Assembly: GCA_963805495.1 (NCBI GenBank)
Contig: CAWDUQ010000001.1
Coordinates: 131,432-195,431, forward strand
Source of the DNA: an uncultured Acidobacteriota bacterium
Lineage (GTDB): Bacteria; Acidobacteriota; Thermoanaerobaculia; UBA5066; Gp7-AA6
Direction: 5' to 3'
DNA: 64,000 nucleotides
The notes beneath the pieces were generated by a model. It searched no databases. It saw only the letters and a program-made list of their open reading frames with translations, and was not told the DNA's origin. A program made the position numbers and the translations under genes. Positions 18,485-27,032 of the stretch are shown here, piece by piece. The stretch's first letter is position 1. Each line of letters starts with the position of its first letter.

Positions 18485-18724
18485 TTACCAGGACTCCCGG
18501 CCAACCGGCTGCCCAGAGTCCGCCTCGGCATGCCGGTTCCGCATCGTCACCTTGGAAACGAGCGTTCGCAGCTCCCACCGCGGTCGAACTGCTGAGAATC
18601 GCAGACTCCCCTTCTCCAGAGACACCTCGACCTCCGTTGCCAGTTTCAAACCTGCACCCTCCGCGAAGGGCTTGGGAATTCGCACCGCGAGACTGTTTCC
18701 CCACTTCTGGACCTTCGTCCTCAT
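18485..18724 (-). CDS. mazE: MazE (AbrB/SpoVT-type) antitoxin
   Basis: 79 aa. Confidence 0.85.
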   Translation of the reverse strand: MRTKVQKWGNSLAVRIPKPFAEGAGLKLATEVEVSLEKGSLRFSAVRPRWELRTLVSKVTMRNRHAEADSGQPVGRESW

Positions 18725-18785
18725 GACACCTCCGTATCTACAATGAGTCTACCATGAAGCAAGAGCCGCAGGGTTACTTCGGGCC

Positions 18786-18861
18786 GCCTAACGGGTGGCG
18801 GGTCAGCGGCGAGCTCCGAGGCGAAGCCGAGGAGCGAGTCCGCTGCACCCGCGGGTTAGGC
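18786..18861 (-). other. attC: attC site
   Basis: 76-nt. Confidence 0.85.
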
Positions 18862-18870
18862 GGCCGACCC

Positions 18871-19320
18871 TCACAAAACGTCATACGCCCACTTGAACGC
18901 TAGCCAACTCACCGCGAGCGCCGCGACAACGAAGTAGAACCGAAAGGCAACGTACCAGGCATAGAACGCCGCTGAGAACGGCGACATGAGCACCGCCGAT
19001 GCTGGAAGACCACCGCCGACGACGAGGGTGATAGTCCCCAGAGTGACGAACGCTATGATCGAGAAGCCCAAAAAAAGAAAAGCCGCTGGGACATTCATCC
19101 AGCCTCTAGCGTCTGTGATGAATCGGCGGCACGCCAAGGAGGCTAGGAACAAGGCGAACGTGAGATGGGCGCCGATGATCAGCCAGTAAAACAGGGACTC
19201 CTGGCTCCAACTTGTCGCACCCAGCGCAACCAGCCACACGAAAGATAGCCCGATGGATACCAGGAGGGCCTTCAGCGTGGAGGTGAGGCCCGAGGAAGCA
19301 GCGAACGCACGCGCGGACAT
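18871..19320 (-). CDS. integral membrane protein
   Basis: 149 aa hydrophobic. Confidence 0.5.
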   Translation of the reverse strand: MSARAFAASSGLTSTLKALLVSIGLSFVWLVALGATSWSQESLFYWLIIGAHLTFALFLASLACRRFITDARGWMNVPAAFLFLGFSIIAFVTLGTITLVVGGGLPASAVLMSPFSAAFYAWYVAFRFYFVVAALAVSWLAFKWAYDVL

Positions 19321-19334
19321 CAGCTCTTGGGGCC

Positions 19335-19410
19335 GCCTAACGGGCGGCGGGTCAGCGGCGAGCGCCGTAGCGAAGCGTAGGCGCGAGTCCGCTGCACCCG
19401 CGGGTTAGGC
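19335..19410 (-). other. attC: attC site
   Basis: 76-nt. Confidence 0.85.
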
Positions 19411-19878
19411 GGCCGACGCACGCTGCCCCCTTCTAATCATCGGGAAAAGTCGAGCGAAGACTACGAACCACAGGATAGGGCCGATGACCATGTAGGACCA
19501 GAACAGCAGCACGCCAATGACATCAACCTCGGGCACCAACGACCCGATTGCCATGGGAACTAGCCAACCCAGCCCGTAGCTCAGACCTGCCAAGGTACCT
19601 ACCCATGCACGCTCCCGCCAGCTTCTTGGCCTCAACACGCTCTCAGCGGCCACGAAACCGATTCCTGCCGAAATGACTGAAACCCCGACGATGATCCAAA
19701 GGCCGAAGTAGAACCAACCCCAGAGATCGGCATCCAGGTCAATCGCCAGTTTGCCCGCGTGCGCCTCGAAAAGGCGGTAGAGCACCAACGAAAGCCCGAA
19801 GCCCAGTTCGAACAGGATGATCCCGACCAGGCATTCACGAATACGAAGCGCCGCACCCAACCGTCGCGTTGTCACCAT
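19405..19878 (-). CDS. integral membrane protein
   Basis: 157 aa hydrophobic. Confidence 0.5.
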   Translation of the reverse strand: MVTTRRLGAALRIRECLVGIILFELGFGLSLVLYRLFEAHAGKLAIDLDADLWGWFYFGLWIIVGVSVISAGIGFVAAESVLRPRSWRERAWVGTLAGLSYGLGWLVPMAIGSLVPEVDVIGVLLFWSYMVIGPILWFVVFARLFPMIRRGQRASAA

Positions 19879-19892
19879 GACTACTTCGGCCC

Positions 19893-19968
19893 GCCTAACG
19901 GGTGGCGGGTCAGCGGCGAGCTCCGAGGCGAAGCCGAGGAGCGAGTCCGCTGCACCCGCGGGTTAGGC
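19893..19968 (-). other. attC: attC site
   Basis: 76-nt. Confidence 0.85.
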
Positions 19969-20020
19969 GGCCTATCAATGCGTGTACCAGCGGGAGCGAT
20001 TCGCATCTCGTTCAGGCAGT

Positions 20021-20437
20021 TCATTTTTCGAAGAAAAGCGCAATGGTGTCGGCCGGCCAGTCCATCGCCCGATTCGTCCCCTTGTCCACGCATGCCACGA
20101 TCATGAGGCAGCGCGAAACGCTCTTGCCAGCCTCATCGACCATAGTGCACTCGATGTGCGCATCGGGTCCACGGAACTCGCGCACGAACGACGTGATCGT
20201 AATCTTCTGGTCTCCGACGGCAGGCTGTACAAAGTCGACTTCCATCCTTCGGACCCAGGCCATGAACGGCAGCTTCGCAAGGGTCTTCAAATCCCAGCCG
20301 CAATACTCACGTAGGCCGTTCATCCGATGATCAACGTAGTAGCCCGAATAGACCGCAGTACGGAGATGATTGTAAGGATCGAGCTCGGAGAACTTGATCC
20401 TGTGCGTGCTCTTGAAGACTACCGGTGTCTTCGGCAT
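20021..20437 (-). CDS. hotdog-fold thioesterase (duplicate cassette)
   Basis: identical protein to 17514..17930. Confidence 0.7.
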   Translation of the reverse strand: MPKTPVVFKSTHRIKFSELDPYNHLRTAVYSGYYVDHRMNGLREYCGWDLKTLAKLPFMAWVRRMEVDFVQPAVGDQKITITSFVREFRGPDAHIECTMVDEAGKSVSRCLMIVACVDKGTNRAMDWPADTIALFFEK

Positions 20438-20563
20438 TCGGTTCCTTTATGTCTCGCGGCAGCCGCTGCTGGTGGGGCGACGCGCTACGAGCCCCGCACG
20501 CCGCTGGCTGGCATTAGCCAGACCTGCAAGGACGCGCCGAGCAGCCACCTTGGTGATCTGGCC

Positions 20564-20639
20564 GCCTAACGGGCAGCGCGTCAGCGGCGAGTGAGGAGGC
20601 GAAGCCGACGAGCGAGTCCGCTGCACGCGCGTGTTAGGC
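20564..20639 (-). other. attC: attC site
   Basis: 76-nt. Confidence 0.85.
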
Positions 20640-21050
20640 GCCTTCAAGTGAATTCTCCTGCCTCGTCCAGAGCAGGCCACCTAGAACCAGAAGAACTGTT
20701 GCCGCGGCGAGACCGAATGTGCCCACAAACAAGCCGACGAATCGGAGGAGCAGGGCCGTGTCAGCTGCGGGGATGAGCGCGCATGCCAGGACGATCCGCC
20801 TGGCTCCCGACACCCTGCAGGCCAGGATGACCACGAGGGCGAGGATGACGAGGTGCACCGAAAACATGAGCCATAGCGCCCTCACAGCTGCGATCAGGGA
20901 AGGATTGAGTCCACTCGCCAGGATGGTGCTGGAGACCGAGGGGTAGCCGGCGGCGTGGAAGGCGGCCGTGGCGACGAGGAGAATGCCTGCTCCGATGATG
21001 AGCCAGCGACTCACTCGGATCGGCTCAGCCACGGCCGCACCATCCGTCAA
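20634..21050 (-). CDS. integral membrane protein
   Basis: 138 aa. Confidence 0.5.
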   Translation of the reverse strand: MTDGAAVAEPIRVSRWLIIGAGILLVATAAFHAAGYPSVSSTILASGLNPSLIAAVRALWLMFSVHLVILALVVILACRVSGARRIVLACALIPAADTALLLRFVGLFVGTFGLAAATVLLVLGGLLWTRQENSLEGA

Positions 21051-21071
21051 GTCGCGTGTGTGTTCTCCGGG

Positions 21072-21147
21072 CGCCTAACGGGTGGCGGGTCAGCGGCGAG
21101 CGCCGTAGCGAAGCGTAGGCGCGAGTCCGCTGCACCCGCGGGTTAGG
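21072..21147 (-). other. attC: attC site
   Basis: 76-nt. Confidence 0.85.
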
Positions 21148-21362
21148 CGACGCTTGCTCGCCACTGCGCCACGCTGCGGTCACCCGCTTTAGCTCTACGC
21201 CCACGGACTTGATTCTCCGGGTGCCACCACTGCCTCTAGCCCTGACGTCAGACGCCCTGCAACCCACGACCCGCGGCTATCGTTGACGGGCCAGGCCAAT
21301 CGCCACGCTGGAAAAGCCCCGGGCAGGAAGGCGGAACTCGGGGACCTCATTCGTCTCACGTC
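21148..21362. repeat. family B2 cassette body (no confident ORF)
   Basis: paralogs at 33507-33720, 52093-52306. Confidence 0.7.
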
Positions 21363-21480
21363 GCCTAACGGGTGGCGCATAAGCTGCGGGCGCCCGACCG
21401 CCATCAGATCCCTGAACACACCACGAGTTTCCCTTGCGACGGAGTGCAGGGCGACCGTCAGCTTCATGCGCGTGTTAGGC
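21363..21480 (-). other. attC: attC site, long class
   Basis: 118-nt. Confidence 0.85.
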
Positions 21481-21843
21481 GCCCCTTCCCTTAAGGGCTT
21501 ACACGCCACGCGACACCTCGCTCACCTCAGACCACGACCACGGGATGCGCCGGCTGGCGCGCGCCTCGGATTGTCCTCCCTCTCGCCACTCGCGCGCCAG
21601 AGCGGCGCCGATTAGGACGGGGGGCGGGCCGACAGATAAGCCGTCAGCTGCCACGTTCCCAGAAAATGCCATGCTGCGCCCCGCTCCTGGCGCCGAGGTA
21701 GTCGGCCCGCATCCCGGAGGCGGACGGCGCGCAGAACTTTTACCGATTACGCCAGACTCTCCCCTCCGGACACAATCGCAAGCCTCGCGATCGTCGACGC
21801 GACTATTCAGCCCGCGCGCCGGCCGCCGTCTTGAGTCCGAAGC
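21481..21843. repeat. family A cassette body (no confident ORF)
   Basis: 1 of 12 paralogs. Confidence 0.75.
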
Positions 21844-21919
21844 GCCTAACGGGCGGCGGGTCAGCGGCGAGTGACGAGCCGAAGGCGAGGAACGAGTCCG
21901 CTGCACCCGCGGGTTAGGC
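21844..21919 (-). other. attC: attC site
   Basis: 76-nt. Confidence 0.85.
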
Positions 21920-22130
21920 GGCGCTTCACAGCCACCGTGACCTGCAGCCGAAAGCCTTTCGAGGCTTACGCCCATAGCGGTGCTTCTCCGGGAGCCACGA
22001 CAGCCCCATAGATAGAGACACCGGAACTCGTACGTTCGCAACTATCGTTGTCGACCCGAGCGCCCCGCCACGCTGGAAAAGCCCTGGGCAGGAGGGCGTG
22101 ACTCGGGGCCCTCATTTCTCCGGAACGCCC
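21920..22130. repeat. family B cassette body
   Basis: 1 of about 18 paralogs. Confidence 0.75.
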
Positions 22131-22248
22131 GCCTAACGGGTGGCGCATAAGCTGCGGGCGCCCGGAAGTGACCAGATCCCTGGCCTCGCCACGAGCTTCC
22201 CTTCCGACGGAGTGCATGGCGACCGTCAGCTTCATGCGCGGGTTAGGC
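22131..22248 (-). other. attC: attC site, long class
   Basis: 118-nt. Confidence 0.85.
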
Positions 22249-22611
22249 GCCCCTTCCCTTGAGGGTTTACACGCCAAGCGACACCTCGCTCACACCAGAC
22301 CTTGACCACGGGATGCGCCGGCTGGCGCGCGCTACGGATTGTCCTCCCTCTCGCCACTCGCGCGCCAGAGCGGCGCGGATCAAGCCGGGGGGCGGGCCGA
22401 CAGATAAGTCGTCTGCTGCCACGCCTCCAGAACTTGCCACCCTTCGCCCCGCTCCTGGAGCCGAGATAGTCGGCCCGCATCCCGGAGGCGGACGGCGCGC
22501 AGAACTTCTACCGATTACGCCAGCCTCTCCCCTCCGGACACAATCGCGAGCCTCGTGATCGTGGACGCGACTATTCAGCCCGCGCGCCGGCCGCCGTCTT
22601 GAGTCCGAAGC
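22249..22611. repeat. family A cassette body
   Basis: paralog. Confidence 0.75.
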
Positions 22612-22687
22612 GCCTAACGGGTGGCGGGTCAGCGGCGAGCTCCGAGGCGAAGCCGAGGAGCGAGTCCGCTGCACCCGCGGGTTAGGC
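22612..22687 (-). other. attC: attC site
   Basis: 76-nt. Confidence 0.85.
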
Positions 22688-22901
22688 GGCGCTTCACCAC
22701 CAAGATGCTGAGCCACCGACCGGCTTTCAGCGCCTATGCCCACGGCCAACCTTCTTTGTGAGCCACGACAGCCTCATGAATAGAGACACCGCAACTCGCT
22801 TCGCGTTCAGAACTATCGTTGTCGACCCGAACGCCTCGCCACTCTGGAAAAGCCCTGGGAAGGAGGGCGTGGCTCGGGGACCCCATTTCTCCGGAACGCC
22901 C
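22688..22901. repeat. family B cassette body
   Basis: paralog. Confidence 0.75.
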
Positions 22902-22977
22902 GCCTAACGGGTGGCGGGTCAGCGGCGAGCGCCGTAGCGAAGCGTAGGCGCGAGTCCGCTGCACCCGCGGGTTAGGC
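22902..22977 (-). other. attC: attC site
   Basis: 76-nt. Confidence 0.85.
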
Positions 22978-23191
22978 GGCGCTTCACAGCCACGATGGCC
23001 GGACGCCAAACGCCTTTCGGAACCTATGCCCACGACAGTGCTTCCCCGGGAGCCACGACAGCCCCAAGCATGGAGACACCGCAACTCGACCCGCGTTCGC
23101 AACTATCGTTGTCGACCCGAGCGCCTTGCCACCTTGGAGAAGCCCTGGGCAGGAGGGCGTGACTCGGGGACCCCATTTCTCCGGAACGCCC
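22978..23191. repeat. family B cassette body
   Basis: paralog. Confidence 0.75.
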
Positions 23192-23309
23192 GCCTAACGG
23201 GTGGCGGGTCAGCTGCGGGCGCCCCGCAGAGATGAAACCCCTAGCCTCGCGACAACTTCCCTTGCGCGGCAATGCCAGGGCGACCGTCAGCTGCACCCGC
23301 GGGTTAGGC
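23192..23309 (-). other. attC: attC site, long class
   Basis: 118-nt. Confidence 0.85.
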
Positions 23310-23672
23310 GCCCCTTCCCTGTCGGGTTTACACGCCACGCGACACCTCGCTCGCACCAGGCCTCGACCACGGGATGTGCCGGCTGGCGCGCGCTACGGAT
23401 TGTCCTCCCTCTCGCCACTCGCGCGCCAGAGCGGCGCCGATTAAGACGGGGGGCGGGCCGACAGATAAGCCGTCTGCTGCCACGCCTCCAGAAAATGCCA
23501 CGCTGCGCCCCGCTCCTGGAGCCGAAATAGTCGGCCCGCATCCCGCAGGCGGACGGCGCGCAGAACTTGTACCGATTACGCCAACCTTTCCCCTCCGGAC
23601 ACAATCGCGAGCTTCGCGATCGTTGACGCAACTATCCAGCCCGCGCGCCGGCCGCCGTCTTGAGTCCGAAGC
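23310..23672. repeat. family A cassette body
   Basis: paralog. Confidence 0.75.
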
Positions 23673-23748
23673 GCCTAACGGGTGGCGGGTCAGCGGCGAG
23701 CGCCGTAGCGAAGCGTAGGCGCGAGTCCGCTGCACCCGCGGGTTAGGC
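23673..23748 (-). other. attC: attC site
   Basis: 76-nt. Confidence 0.85.
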
Positions 23749-23959
23749 GGCGCTTCACCGCCACGATGACCTGCCGCCAACGACTTCCTCAGCCTTACGC
23801 CCACGACAGCAATTCTCCGGGTGCCACGATCGCCCCATGAATAGCGACGCTGCGCGGATCGCGTTCGCAACTATCGTTGTCGACCCCTGCGCCTCGCCAC
23901 CATGGAAAGGCCCTGGGCAGGAAGACGAGACTCGGGGCCCTCATTTCTCCGGCACGCCC
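23749..23959. repeat. family B cassette body
   Basis: paralog. Confidence 0.75.
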
Positions 23960-24035
23960 GCCTAACGGGTGGCGGGTCAGCGGCGAGCGCCGTAGCGAAG
24001 CGTAGGCGCGAGTCCGCTGCACCCGCGGGTTGGGC
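23960..24035 (-). other. attC: attC site (core GTTGGGC)
   Basis: 76-nt. Confidence 0.8.
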
Positions 24036-24038
24036 GGC

Positions 24039-24518
24039 CTACTGTTTTGCACTGGCGCCTTCATCGGGCCATAACTTAAAGGCAAATACGTCATCGCAAC
24101 GCGCTGTGCTACAACCTCGCCCTGACGCAGCAAGGCCATGCGCGAAAGCCACGCCATCCATCTTGCGAATCGCTACCCGCTCCCAGCCTTCCTCAGGATA
24201 CGCAATGGTGAGGACGAGGCTCTCACCCGCGGCAAGCGGTCTCGGCGTTTGACCGACGGGCCACAGCTGCCGGAAGCCCGGTGGCAGAACCCCGTAGTCA
24301 ATCTTGCTGACGTCTTGCGGCGTTGAACTATCAATCGCCCAGAGGACGTCGTTGCCCGGGCCGGGTGGCGCGACTCGCGTGGGCTTCCCCGCGACTTCGA
24401 GACGGAGAATGGCGAATGGCTTCGCCGGGGCCACGAGGTGGGGAACTGGTGTCTCGTCGCTGTGACATCCAGACGCGAGAACGCTGACAGTCGCTGTCGC
24501 GACGAGTACCGATAGCAA
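24039..24518 (-). CDS. lipoprotein (signal peptide + Cys), start uncertain (TTG?)
   Basis: LSVLVATATVSVLASGC lipobox-like leader. Confidence 0.5.
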   Translation of the reverse strand: MLSVLVATATVSVLASGCHSDETPVPHLVAPAKPFAILRLEVAGKPTRVAPPGPGNDVLWAIDSSTPQDVSKIDYGVLPPGFRQLWPVGQTPRPLAAGESLVLTIAYPEEGWERVAIRKMDGVAFAHGLAASGRGCSTARCDDVFAFKLWPDEGASAKQ

Positions 24519-24527
24519 CTTCGAGCC

Positions 24528-24603
24528 GCCTAACGGGTGGCGGGTCAGCGGCGAGCGCCGTAGCGAAGCGTAGGCGCGAGTCCGCTGCACCCGCGGGTTA
24601 GGC
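24528..24603 (-). other. attC: attC site
   Basis: 76-nt. Confidence 0.85.
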
Positions 24604-24817
24604 GGCGCTTCACAGCCACGGTGACCTGCAGCCGAAAGCCCTTCGAAACCTACGCCCATGACGGCGCTTCTCCGGGAGCCACGACAGCCCCATACATAGA
24701 GACACCGCAACTCGCCCCGGGTCCAGAACTATCGTTGTCGACCCGAGCGCCTCGCCACTCTGGAAAAGCCCTGGGCAGGAGGACGTGACTCGGGGACCCC
24801 ATTTCCCCGGGACGCCC
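24604..24817. repeat. family B cassette body
   Basis: paralog. Confidence 0.75.
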
Positions 24818-24893
24818 GCCTAACGGGTGGCGGGTCAGCGGCGAGCTCCGAGGCGAAGCCGAGGAGCGAGTCCGCTGCACCCGCGGGTTAGGC
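24818..24893 (-). other. attC: attC site
   Basis: 76-nt. Confidence 0.85.
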
Positions 24894-24909
24894 GGCTGTT
24901 GATCGAGAT

Positions 24910-25203
24910 TCATGGGCCGAAGGTGTTTGCACCAGGCAGCAGTTTGCCTTGCTCGGCGAGATCCATGGCCTCAAGAGCGTCAGCCACCCACATGTCAAAC
25001 TCTGAGGCGTCGTACTCCCCCTTAGGTACTAGCCGAAATGCACCTGGCCTATGCTGCTTCCCAAGCTCGAGAACGAGCTCGGGCGTCGGAATCTCCTTGA
25101 GACGCTTCAGCTCGACAACTTGGCCCTGACGATTGAAAAAGACGACGGTCATCAACCCTTCTGCGACTTTCGCTAGGACCTCCGATGCCGAATACGTGCG
25201 CAT
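24910..25203 (-). CDS. hypothetical protein (97 aa)
   Basis: single ORF filling cassette. Confidence 0.45.
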   Translation of the reverse strand: MRTYSASEVLAKVAEGLMTVVFFNRQGQVVELKRLKEIPTPELVLELGKQHRPGAFRLVPKGEYDASEFDMWVADALEAMDLAEQGKLLPGANTFGP

Positions 25204-25216
25204 TCGTTGTTCAGCC

Positions 25217-25334
25217 GCCTAACGGGTGGCGGGTCAGCTGCGGGCGCCCGACCGCCACGATGCCCCTCGACTCGCCACAACCATCCCTCTCGCCAAACCG
25301 CATGGCGACCGTCAGCTGCACCCGCGGGTTAGGC
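25217..25334 (-). other. attC: attC site, long class
   Basis: 118-nt. Confidence 0.85.
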
Positions 25335-25697
25335 GCCCCTTCCCTGTCGGGTTTACACGCCACGCGACACCTCGCTCGCACCAGGCCTACACCATGGGAT
25401 GCGCCGGCTGGCGCGCGCCACGGATTGGCCTCCCTCTCGCCACTCGCGCGCCAGAGCGGCGCGGATTACGACGGGGGGCGGGCCGACTGTTGAGTCGTCT
25501 GATGCCCTACGAGATCCTCGACCCACGCTGCGCCCTGCTCCTGGAGCCGAGATAGTCGGCCCGCATCCCGGAGGCGGACGGCGCGCAGAACTCCTACCGA
25601 TCACGCCAACCTCTCCCCTCCGGACACAATCGCATGCCTCGCGATCGTCGACGCGACTATTCAGCCCGCGCGCCGGCCGCCGTCTTACGTGCGAAGC
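25335..25697. repeat. family A cassette body (identical to 37206-37568)
   Basis: paralog. Confidence 0.75.
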
Positions 25698-25773
25698 GCC
25701 TAACGGGTGGCGGGTCAGCGGCGAGTGACGAGCCGAAGGCGAGGAACGAGTCCGCTGCACCCGCGGGTTAGGC
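25698..25773 (-). other. attC: attC site
   Basis: 76-nt. Confidence 0.85.
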
Positions 25774-25987
25774 GGCGCTTCACCGCCACGATGACCTGCA
25801 GCCGAAAGCCTTCCGAAACCTACGCCCATGACGGCGCTTCTCCGGGAGCCACGACAGCCCCAAACATAGAGACACCGCAACTCGACCGGCGTTCACAACT
25901 ATCGTTGCCGACCCGAGCGCCTTGCCACTCTGGAAAGGCCCTGGGAAGGAGGGCGTGACTCGGGGACCCCATTTCCCCGGAACGCCC
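25774..25987. repeat. family B cassette body
   Basis: paralog. Confidence 0.75.
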
Positions 25988-26101
25988 GCCTAACGGGTGG
26001 CGGGTCAGGTGCAAGCGCATGCCGTAGATGCCTGCGCGCTCGCGGCCGCGGACCAATCGCCTCGCTGTCATCGCGCTTGCAGCTGCACCCGCGGGTTAGG
26101 C
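25988..26101 (-). other. attC: attC site, long variant (114 nt, distinct centre)
   Basis: GCCTAAC...GTTAGGC. Confidence 0.75.
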
Positions 26102-26354
26102 GGCCGCAGATGCGATGGCTCTAGACCGAGACCCGGGCGACCAGCCGCGCTGCAACGCGCTCCGACAGCCGCGCCGCTCTTGAAGGGCTTGAGAGCACCG
26201 GCCCAACCGCCAACCTGCGACATCAGTCTGTTGCTTTCCGCGACACCAAGATGATCTCACCGACTCCAGAACTCTGTTGCCGGCCCAGCCCGTTGAGCCG
26301 TCGAGTTGCCGCGATGCCCGCCCTGCCGAGGACCTGATGACTGGTCTTCGGCCC
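26102..26354. repeat. family C cassette body (shares TCTCACCG..TCCRGAACTC motif)
   Basis: related to 26431-26657, 26734-26956, 29093-29329. Confidence 0.6.
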
Positions 26355-26430
26355 GCCTAACGGGTGGCGGGTCAGCGGCTCGTGAGGCGCCGAAGGCGCC
26401 GAACGAGTCCGCTGCACCCGCGGGTTAGGC
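26355..26430 (-). other. attC: attC site
   Basis: 76-nt. Confidence 0.85.
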
Positions 26431-26657
26431 AGCCGCACGCTCGATGGAACTAGACCGCGGTGAAGCTGCCCGATCCGAGATGCCGCACCCGCAGCTTCCG
26501 CCACGATGCGACCTGCCAGCATCTTGATGGGACCGGGGCTAACGCCACGATGTCTCATCGGCTTGCCTGTTAGTTAGACACCTTATCTTCTCACCGGTTC
26601 CAGAACTCTGCTGGACTACGGGCAGACGAGCCGCGCTGTTGAGGGTGTTTCCGGCCT
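26431..26657. repeat. family C cassette body (near-identical to 29093-29329)
   Basis: paralog. Confidence 0.7.
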
Positions 26658-26733
26658 GCCTAACGGGTGGCGGGTCAGCGGCTCGTGAGGCGCCGAAGGC
26701 GCCGAACGAGTCCGCTGCACCCGCGTGTTAGGC
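26658..26733 (-). other. attC: attC site
   Basis: 76-nt. Confidence 0.85.
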
Positions 26734-26956
26734 AGCCGCAGTTTCGCCGCCCGTAAACCGCGATGCCCGCGACCAGCCGTGAGACAACGGTCTGCCTCTG
26801 CTGAGGCCGGGCGACTTCTCAGCTCCTTGATGGGACAGGTACTTCCGCCCAACTCGATCATCTGTGTGCCTAAGGTAGCCCCGATGATCTCACCGGTTCC
26901 GGAACTCCGATGGAATCAGGCTGGACTTGCCACGCCGCCGAGCGCGACTTCGGCCT
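26734..26956. repeat. family C cassette body
   Basis: paralog. Confidence 0.6.
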
Positions 26957-27032
26957 GCCTAACGGGTGGCGGGTCAGCGGCGAGCTCCGAGCCGAAGGCG
27001 AGGAGCGAGTCCGCTGCACCCGCGGGTTAGGC
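26957..27032 (-). other. attC: attC site
   Basis: 76-nt. Confidence 0.85.

Noticed and set aside
24650-24913. Many ORF-track entries containing ...PPNPRVQRTRSSASPRSSPLTRHPLGG... (for example 24650..24913, 41616..41921, 54001..54369, 21025..21267)
   Set aside because: This peptide is simply the translation of the attC consensus in one frame. These ORFs run from one attC through a short non-coding cassette into the next attC and are artefacts of high GC content.
25226-25555. A conserved 109-codon GTG-initiated frame across family A copies (for example 25226..25555, 28555..28884, 37097..37426) as a real protein
   Set aside because: It starts inside the attC and encodes a low-complexity A/R/G/P/L-rich sequence. 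Two other frames are equally open, and variation is not concentrated at third positions as far as can be judged by eye. It is left as an unresolved candidate rather than called a CDS.
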